In this document: positions 54,731-64,000 of the stretch, piece by piece
How the letters are laid out: every line of letters starts with the position of its first letter
Numbering within the stretch: the first letter of the stretch is position 1
Assembly: GCF_009914755.1 (NCBI RefSeq)
Contig: NC_060928.1
Reading direction: 5' to 3' (one strand)
Length of the DNA: 64,000 bases
DNA from: the human T2T-CHM13v2.0 reference genome, Homo sapiens
Notes under the pieces: generated by a model
What the model saw: the letters and a program-made list of their open reading frames with translations, nothing else
Database searches by the model: none
Told to the model about the DNA's origin: nothing
Translations under genes and position numbers: made by a program

Positions 54731-55514
54731 TACACACACACCTGTATATGTGTGTATGTATGCATTGTGTATATGTATTTATGTGTATGTATATACATCT
54801 GGTCTGTCATCTTTAAGCTTCATTATTCTGTGGGTACCCATAAATTCACGTTAATGTTACTATCTGCTAGCCACCATCTTTGTTTATGACTTCCCTCTCA
54901 ATCATTCTATTCTTCGAGGTCCTTCAGCCTCCCTACACCCTTTCCACCACTCCATGCACCAGCCTCTTAGCATTCCTCCCATTTTTGTCCCTCAGTCCTT
55001 CCTTCCTATGGTGCAGTTCTGACTTCCATTGTTTTAACTCTATTATTCAAAGAAATTCAGTTCCCACCACCACCATCCTTTCAGACTTAGCCACCTTTTC
55101 ACAAAACAAAACAAAACAAAAACTTTGTAACTGTGATTTGAAAAAGAAAAGTAACTTCCAATGTATGCTTTAAAAGATTATACACATTTAATTTGATTTG
55201 ACTGAGATGGCTATGTCAACCGATGATTTACCACATGGAAAGAGAACACTGAGGGTCCAAATACAGGGTAGGTGGTTTCCATAGGTTCAAACATGGGCTA
55301 AGTCAATTAAGACAAAAAAACTATGTGGGATACATACGAAGTTATACTGTAAGGTCCAAGAGCCAAGCCTCCTAAGTTTGTGGTTGATAGAAATGTGGCA
55401 AAGTGCACGTGTAGAAAATATTTAGCAACTGTAGTTGACTGTTCTTTAACGACTAGCATTTATTGAATGACTACTATGTGACAGGTGCTGCTTTAAAGGT
55501 TTTTCAGATATTAG

Positions 55515-55984
55515 TGTCAGGGCTTAGAAAACACTACCACAAAGGAGATTGGGAGGGCTTTAGAAACAAGGTCACTCAGACCTTCCCCAGTGTTTCCATG
55601 TGAGGATTCTCTGACCTATCTCACCCAAAAGTAAGTCATAAGACCCTCATTCCAGAAGGGTCCTTCCCTACTCCTGGAGGCCAAGAGGAATCTAAACAGA
55701 CAAGGCTTGCTGGGTTTCCCCCACCAGTTTATTACTATTAAATCATACCCTTTTTGTCCAACCATACTTCCACATCACTGTCCATTTTTCATCGCACCTA
55801 AGCATAAAAATGCAGTTTTCCTTGGGTTTTTGGATTTTCACTTCTGAAGGCTCCTGTGTCATGTGAAACTCTTGTTGAATAAATTTATTATGCTTTTCTC
55901 TTTCTACTCTGTGTTTTGTTATAGGTATATCAGCCATAGACCTTGCAATGGGTGAGGGAAAGATATTGCTCTTTCTCCCCTACA
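55515..55984 (+). mobile_element. MER39/MER31-like ERV1 solo LTR inserted in MIR
   Basis: TG...CA ends with 4-bp TSD ttag; MIR text at 55450-55514 continues at 55985-56170. Confidence 0.8.
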
Positions 55985-56905
55985 TTAGCTTGTGAAATCC
56001 TCCTATAACCTTATTAGGGAGGTACTATTGTTATCACCATTCCCCCAAAGGGGAAATTGAAGAATGGGAAGGTGAGTAACTTGCCCAACGTTACATACAT
56101 AGTAAACGATAAACTGAAATCTGAACTCAGGTCATCTGGCTCCAGAGTCCACACAATTCACCACTGTCTTAGAGCTTCCTTGTTAAGTTGATAGTGTGGT
56201 GGAGCATTCTAAGAAAAGCTCATTGAAACTGAGTCTTTATTACTTGAAGTATGATATATCGAACAGGTGAAGTTTCCATTCTACTACATCATGACTAAGG
56301 ATTGGATAAGGATTGGATTTAGATCGGTTAGAGGTAAGAGGACTGAGTTTTAGAATATTGCTGAAGTTAAAGTGAAACAGAGTAAAGCTCAGTATAAGAC
56401 AAAACTGTCCTGTAATGACAGCTGTCCAAATGTGAAGTGGATGGCTCCAAAACAAATTTAATTTCCACTCACTAAGGGTGATTAAGGATAGGAAACAATT
56501 TGGTGGGAATATTTTTAAAGAAATCCAAACATTAAATACATAACATGACCAGAGAATCTTATTGGGAAATTTACTGGTCAGTTCCACAGTATCTTGGAAA
56601 CAAGAATATTTTGCTCCCAGTTAGTATAAGCTATTGAAGAGTTCATAAGACTGTGTTTAGATCATTAAATTGCGCTAATTTGGGGAGGGTAAAACAAAGT
56701 AAAATTTTAGTATCCCTTTTCTGGCCCCTAACCACTCTCCTTCTACTCATTTCCCTCTCCCAACCTACAAGATGCTGCCCTCACCACTATCATAAATTGC
56801 TGTATTAATGAACAGTGATTTTCTTCCCAAATTATAGGCCGATTTCCTAATGTGATTAAACTCAACTCAACTTTGCTTGGGGAACCTTAATGGAGAGGAA
56901 TTATT

Positions 56906-57052
56906 TCCAGTGGTATGCTAAAAAATGTTGAACCGGCTCTCTGAAAAACTAGATCTCTGTTTTGTAGCATTTTTCAATTTCAACAACGTAAAAACTCCCA
57001 CCATGGCCAATCTCAAGATACCAACATGATATCACTGAATGTAGAGTTGGGT
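56906..57052. mobile_element. MER63-like hAT fragment, followed by MLT1 remnants to about 57590
   Basis: ccagtggtatgct...aaccggctctc...ctcccaccatggccaat. Confidence 0.55.
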
Positions 57053-58499
57053 GATATATTAGTTCATTACTGCAATTAAAAATTAGCATAAACTTAGTAG
57101 CTTAAAACAATACCAAGTTTATTATCTTACCATTCCGTAGGTTACTGGAGATCACCAAGTTAAAAGCACAGTGTTAGCAAGGCGGCATTCTCTTCTGGGC
57201 TCTCTAGATGAGAATCCATTCCCTTTCCGTTTCTCTCTTCAGTAGACCACCCACATGCCTTGGCTGAAGGCAAGGCCCCTCTCCTGCCATCAGTGGCAGG
57301 CGAGGACTTTTTCACATTGCATCTCTCTGAGCTAAGGATGCCACTGAAAATATTCCTCTGCCATGGAAAGGAGGAGAGCATTTTATCAACACAGAAGGAG
57401 AACCAGAGTGAAGCAGAGGATTCTGGCATGCTGAGCATGCAGTTCTAGTCCTTTAACCCTGGTTCCTACAGGAGCTATCCCAATATCCTTCCTGAATATA
57501 TTTCCTAGACATATGAATAAATACATTCTTCTTCAATTACCTTAGCTTCATCATTTGGAACCAAGAGTGGCAATGAATACTTATGGTATAAGGCAGCACT
57601 TGACTGGAAAATGAACTGCCTACACTAATTGGTAGAAATTTTGACCTTCTTTTAAGGATACAATAAATAAAACACATGTGCTTTATTTCAACATATTTCT
57701 GAAATGAAGTAAGGCTTATGTTGTTATTGCTGTTGTTGTTTTCATAGAAAATTAGTGTTAAGAAGTATGAAGGGCCTAAAATTTTACCCTACTGAGATTT
57801 TACAAGTTAACTTGCTACAGTCGCCAGCAGAGGCCTGACACTCCTGAATCAAAAAGAAAGGAAAGTTTGTTACTCCTACGTATAGTGATAGCTGGAATAT
57901 CAGCATTTTTTCTGCTTCCCTAAACCCCAGCTCCCACCAAGTCACTTGGCACTTGCACATAGAATGGGTTGTGTTACAGGAGAAAAGAGAACCCAAATAT
58001 TTTATAATAGGCATTAAGTCTCCCTGACTTTTGCCCCAGAAGAAGATACCATTTTTATTCTACTAGAGAGTAAACAAACCCCCTCTTTGCTCCAAGGGAG
58101 ACCCTATATTTTCCAAGGCTGTTCATTCTACAAACAACCTTTACAAGATTCCCTGGAATAAAGATAGTAAGTGCCTCTGTTCACCAGACCTGAAAAAAAT
58201 GCAAGAGACTCATAGAGAAGAGTGGCACAATAATCAATAGAGAAAAAAGTATTCAGAATTACGCAAGCAATTTCAGTAACTGCTTATTGAGTAGCTACAA
58301 AGAATTGTTTATTGTTTGTTAACTTATTTTTTAATTTTTATATTTTTATTTGTTATTGTCTGCCATATTGAATCTTATATGTCTTTTTAAACTTGTAGTC
58401 TTAATATTTAGAGCTATTTTAAAACAGATCATTGTTGACATAGCATTTTTAAGATTGATTATTTAGGAAGAGATTATTTAGAAATATTTAGTATGACAT

Positions 58500-58894
58500 T
58501 GACATGGTTTGCATCTATGTCCCCACCCAAATCTCATGTCAAATTGTAATCTCTAATGTTGGAGATGGGATCTAGTAGGAGGAGATTAGATCACAGGGGT
58601 GGTCTTTCATGAATGGTTTAGCACCCTCTCTTGGTACTGTTCTCATGATAGTAAGTGAGTTCTTGTGAGATCTGGTTGTTTAAAAGTGTGTATCACCTCC
58701 CCCCACTTCCTCCTGCTCCAGCCATGTAACACATGCCTGCTTCTCCTTTGCCTTCTGCCATGATTGTAAGTTTCCTGAGGCCTCCCCAGAACCAGAAGCC
58801 ACCATGCTTCCTGTACAGCCTGCAGAACCATGACCCAATTAAACCTCATTATTTTATAAATTACCCAGTCTCAGATATTTCTATAAAGAAATAC
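58500..58894 (+). mobile_element. MSTA-like MaLR solo LTR
   Basis: gtccccacccaaatctcatgt...atgcttcctgtacagcctgcagaacca...aaattacccagtctcag. Confidence 0.9.
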
Positions 58895-59369
58895 AGTAAT
58901 CCTAACATGATTATGCACATTGTTATTTCTATGGAACTAACAGAATATTGTCCTTTAGAGACAGTGAACTGCAATATGACTCCCATAACAGTCACTATCA
59001 ATGAAGGATGGGATTTAAGAAAAAAGAGACAAGGCCCCAACTAGGTGTTGGAAAGAAACCAATCTTATTAGGTAAGTGAACTGATTCTCAAAAAGACATA
59101 AAAAGTGATAGTCTCAAGACACTATTTGCATATCAAAAGGATTTTATAAATCCAAATAAGCTTCTAGTTATTGAAACTGTGGAGGGGAAATGTTTCTAAG
59201 GTAGAAACACCCACTACACAGTAGGTAAAGATTTGAAGGAGGATTTCCATTGCTCTGTGTTGCAAGCTTCTTCCATCCTAGTCCTCTCTCTGTGTTTACT
59301 TTGCCAGAATATTAGACAAACATGGCTGAAGCAGAAAAGCACAGTTGACAGTTTTTGTAGTGATCTCTC

Positions 59370-59935
59370 CATCTCACTCAAAGTATGACTGAAAAGCCTT
59401 GCACTAGCCTGCAGGGGGCTCCACAATCTGTAACCATCATCCCCTGGTTCTCTGACTTTCTTCCAGCCCAGCTCCCACATCTTTATTTCTTCTTGAACAC
59501 ACCAGGTACCTTCCTGCCTTAGATCCTTGGCACTGTTTTCACTTATGCCCAAAATGCTCTTCCACCCAGATACCTGCATGGATTACCCCTCATTTCTTCA
59601 AATCTCTGCTTTAGCATCACTTTCTCATGGAAACCTACTCTGATCTTCCTATTTAAGAATAACTACTCACATTCCCTCCCTCCCAAACTCTTGTTCCTCT
59701 TTACTTGCTATGTATATTTTTTCTTTTTCCATAGCAATTATCACCTTCTAATATGTCATATAGTTTATTAATGTTAATATAACTATTATTTGTTTTCTGT
59801 CTCCTCTCATTAAAATATAAGCCACATAAGGACAGGGATCTTTTTGTTCTCTTTTGTTCGTAGACATATTGCAATTATCTAGACTATGTCTATTATCCAG
59901 TGGGCACTCAAATTAATTGAATGATGACTAGATGA
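59370..59935 (+). mobile_element. L2 3' portion
   Basis: ttcttgaacacaccagg..cttcctgccttag...gccacataaggacagggatct...gggcactcaa. Confidence 0.85.
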
Positions 59936-62900
59936 GTGCAGTTTCATTCATTATCCTCTTTGGATCCCCTGAAACATACAGGCCATGGGAACTCAAATGA
60001 ATTAATTAACCTTTCTGGATAAAATGGGAGTAATTATTGAACCTGATTTACTGCTTGTTTCATAAATTAAACGGGCTTATGTATTTAAGGCACTTAGCAC
60101 ACTGCCTGGCAGAGAGTGAGAATGTACCATTAGCTACAAACATAAAAACAAGCAAATCTGAACCCCAATAGAGAAGAGTGCCAAATTCCATTCAGCACAA
60201 AACATTTCTAGATCTCTCTCCTAAGCTGTGAGAGCTCAGAGCCTTATAATTGAGAAAGATATATTTTACCAACTGTATTGCCATGTGAAAACTTACAGAC
60301 CTGAAGTCTATAATGTTCCAACTTGTCACTTCTTGTTAGGAGAATTTCGTGTCATCTGCAAACATGATAATCTCATCACTCACTTTACTTTTCTTCCAGA
60401 TAATTAAAACAAAAAATCTTAAACCGTCTCAGTGCTAATTCCTAGGATCTGATTTTCAGTACTTATCCTTACTGAAAAGTAATGATTTATCACTTCTTTT
60501 TATTCAATAGATAGACAAAAAAAAAATTGGGATTCAGTCCTACCAAGGACTGTCCCCACCTTGTTGTCCTTCTGAGGAAAGGCATAGGTTTGGAAGGCGA
60601 TTCCAAATTCATTTCTGCTCCATCATTCTCACAAGCCTGAGCTTCTTACAGATAACAGGAGACATCAACATAATGACAACAGACCTCAGCCCCCTTGAGC
60701 AGTTAAGGAGCTTAAAAACAACTCCAAGAACTTGAATTGTGTACAAGATATTCTATGCTCTAGAAAACACCAATACAATAGAACACAGTTGGAAAACAGT
60801 TATAGAAACCATAAATGCAAAAATAGCATGCTATGAAACACATAACATGATTATGTGATTATATGAATGCTAAATGAATGCAGAATAAAGGGCCAACAGA
60901 AAATAAGAACTGTAAGGAAAGATTAGGCTCCAGTGTTTCAGTTCTGCTGCGGTAGTTGTAGGGACCCTTAATGCTTCCTATTTTTCTTGGTGCAGACACC
61001 AATTTAAGCTAGCTTAATCCAAAAGAGACAATTTATTGAAGTGATATAAATGCCTTGTGGAACAAAAGGGTAGTAGGCCTCTTACAGGGCTGAAATAAGG
61101 AACTGGAAAGTTTTCAAAATCCCGAAATGTGTTTGCTCTCTCAGTCTACCTCCCTTCTCTCATTCAAAACTTATGATGTTTCTCTCCGTGACTACCTGCT
61201 TTCTCTGCTTCTCAATATGCAGAAGCTTCCTAATGCAGAAGCTTCTCAATATGCCCAGAGCTTCCTAGATTATATCATCTCACCCCCAGCCACTGCAGAG
61301 ACTAACACTGCTGCCTCTGAATCCAAAATTCAAACTCATATAACAGAGAATTTAATTGGTCCATTTGGGTTAGATCCCTTTTGTTTCCCTTGCCTGCCTC
61401 TCCCAATCAACTGTAGCCCAACCAAACGTGGGTACCCCAGGGGAGGAGGTGGATGTGTAGAGGGGGTGAATTCTGAGGGATTAGAGTCATTGTAAACTGT
61501 ACAATTAGTCAAAGGCTATTTTCCCATCCTTACCCCAAACCCATGGAATTCTACTTCCTTCCACCTCTTTTACCCGTAAGCTCTCTAAGTGCCACATCAT
61601 GAGGCAGAAAGACGATATTTTTCAAGTCCTGGTTAGGATTTTCACAGCTCCTTCTTCCAAACTCTTAGCTGTAGTCTACCCATATCATAGAAGGGTCTTA
61701 ATCATACCCCAAGCCTCTTGCCTCAATTTAGTCACTGCAGATAACTGGCATTATTTCCTTTCCTTCCAGCTTGTAAAGGAAATTTCAGGTGAAAAGTGGT
61801 AGGGATTATGCCAGCCACTGAGTATATGAAAGGAATAAAACATGGTCACTCCTCTTCATTAGTAGAAGGGGATACAAAAAGAACAAGACATTCCAAAACA
61901 CTGTGAGAAGCACAACTATGGTGGGAAAAGTGACAGCACAAAGCAAGGGATCACAAACTCAGGATAATACTTTGAAAAAAGATCCATTATCCTCAGAAAG
62001 CATCAAAGGGAAAGAAGCAATTGGTATTGGATGGATAAAATATTAAAAAGTTCAAGGAAGCAAAATTAAAAGAAATTAAATAAAATGTGACTTGTGACTG
62101 CAAGATTGGATTTTCTCCTTGCACATTAAAGAATTCTGTGGAAAAGAAAACAATTAAGACAGCACATGAGTGTTAGTATTCTTTCCAAGTTTAAATTGAT
62201 TGATGATTTTTAGTTCATTTAATAAAGAAATTCAATAACACATATTTTAAATGAATTAAGTGTAAATTAACCAGAAATATTCGTGCTTGGCAATAATTTT
62301 GTTCATGCATTAATTTAGTTTTGTCAGGGTGTTGCTAATTTAAACAAGATGACCTACCCCACACATGACATTCTTGCATTACCAGCAGATTCTTGGCTAC
62401 TGGTATCATAATTTCCAAAGGATATTCCAGAAGACAAACACATAGTAGTGACATTATCATAACAGGCTCCAGCCATCACTCAACAAGACCATCCTGGTAC
62501 CTCCACCCTTTCATTCAGAATATAGCTTCTGGAAGGAATTAAAAATTAATGATGAGGCTGAGGAAGAAATTGGAATAAATTGCCAAAAAACTAATCTATG
62601 TTTCTTGGAATCACCATTTTTCCTTTGTAGTTTTAGTATAAATCTTGATTTATTATATTATCTTTACTATTATGTTGTCTTGGGTGAGACTCATTTCCAT
62701 CTTTCCTTTTGAGTCATGTGGAGTGACAACTAATGGGAATGATGACAACGTGGAATTGAGTCATACAGTCAAGAGGGTAAGAAAAGCTGCTTCAGCTGAT
62801 TATCATTTCTCCAGATGCCACTGCAGAGTTAAAGTTGCAGTAGTTATAAATTACAAGCGCAGGTCCTTTCCTAACAGCAATGGCAAAGTTGAATAGAGAA

Positions 62901-63348
62901 AAATCAATGGACAGCAATGTACCAAGTGTGTATTGTGTGTGATACAGAGTGAGGGTGGCAGAGGATTACGAAATATCTTCAAGGAAACAAGTTCCAAAGA
63001 GATGCCATAGACACAAACATTTCAGAAGCAAAACCTTGGTTAGGTTCACCAACTGATAGTAAAGAAAGAGTTTATAAAAGGGCAAAAGAGATTTAAATTA
63101 GGATAATACGTGAGTTATGAATTATTTGCTAGCATAGTCTCATTTAATCTTGGCAACCAATCTGTGAAACTGGTGTGTTAAATCTATTATATATATGGGG
63201 GTTTAATGTCTCAGCACGTTCAAATGTGACTTTCTCACAATCACAGTAAAAAGGCAGCCTCCTTGATATTTTAGCTCTTACAAGGTTGTCCAGTTATGGT
63301 ACTATGTTTAGTTAGAGCTATGATGCTGAATGCCAGGTAAGGCCATGG

Positions 63349-63706
63349 TGATATGGCTTGGCTCTCTGTCCCCACCCAGATCTCACCTTGAATTGTAATA
63401 ATCCCCAAGCGTCAAGGGTGGGACCAGGTAGAGGTAATCAGAACATGGGGACAGTTTTCGCTATGCTGTTCTCATGATACTGAGTGAGTCTCTGAAGATC
63501 TGATGGTTTTATATGAATCTGGCATTTCCCCTACTTGCACTCATTCTCTCTCTTGCCACCCGGTGAAAAGGTGCCTTCTGTCATGATTCTAAGTTTCCTG
63601 AGGCCTCCCCAGTTATGCAGAACTGTGAGTCAACTAAATCTATTTTCTTTATAAATTTTCCAGTCTTAGGCAGTTCTTTATATCAGCATGAGAACAGACT
63701 AATACA
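63349..63706 (+). mobile_element. THE1 (THE1C/D-like) solo LTR
   Basis: tgatatggcttggctct...gagaacagactaataca. Perfect 5-bp TSD catgg. Confidence 0.93.
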
Positions 63707-64000
63707 CATGGGTTGGCGTGATCCCCCTTAATGTGTATGGCATTACTATATTTAAGCAACTGCAGAAAAGGCAGATCCCCATACAAAAGCCAATAACTTT
63801 GGCTTTGGGCATACAGGAGAAGGAACTTTTTATTTATCTGGGCCTCACTGTCTAGATCATCTCTTTCAATAATGATGGAGACTCCTGTTCATTGGTGTAG
63901 AACATGACCACAACAAAGTAGCTGGGCAGGAGATCAGATGGGACAGGGCCAACCAGCCCCGGAGGGGGCAAAGAACATTTTGTAAGCTTATCATATCAAT

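Noticed and set aside
61207-61266. Short imperfect tandem duplication (period about 34)
   Set aside because: Ordinary slippage within a decayed MLT1-like element; similar cases occur at 7400, 24725 and 52012.

Overview
This is primate (human-like) non-coding genomic DNA: AT-rich, CpG-depleted, and either intronic or intergenic. No intact protein-coding gene, RNA gene or CRISPR-type locus is supported, and the ORF track is mostly repeat-derived noise. The only gene-derived sequence is a disabled KRT18 processed pseudogene (about 19.5-20.37 kb) with a twin-priming 5' inversion and an 18-bp target-site duplication (TSD). The rest is a layered record of transposable elements: about 11 Alus, old and younger L1 pieces, L2/MIR, ERV1/ERVK solo LTRs (MER4-group, LTR1, MER11, MER39-like), MaLR LTRs (THE1, MST, MLT1) and Tigger/hAT DNA transposons, many of them nested with readable TSDs. 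The most unusual observations are small-scale: a 38-nt L1PA2-like micro-insertion, a tail-less AluY fragment replacing part of a MER11 repeat, a roughly 55-nt poly(A)-tailed Alu/7SL-like mini-insert, an L1 with an internal inversion bounded by fold-back junctions, a 170-nt AG-free tract ending in CAG|GTAAAG, and a CTCF-like motif. I found no convincing new biological system. Subfamily names come from remembered consensus sequences and need RepeatMasker/Dfam confirmation.
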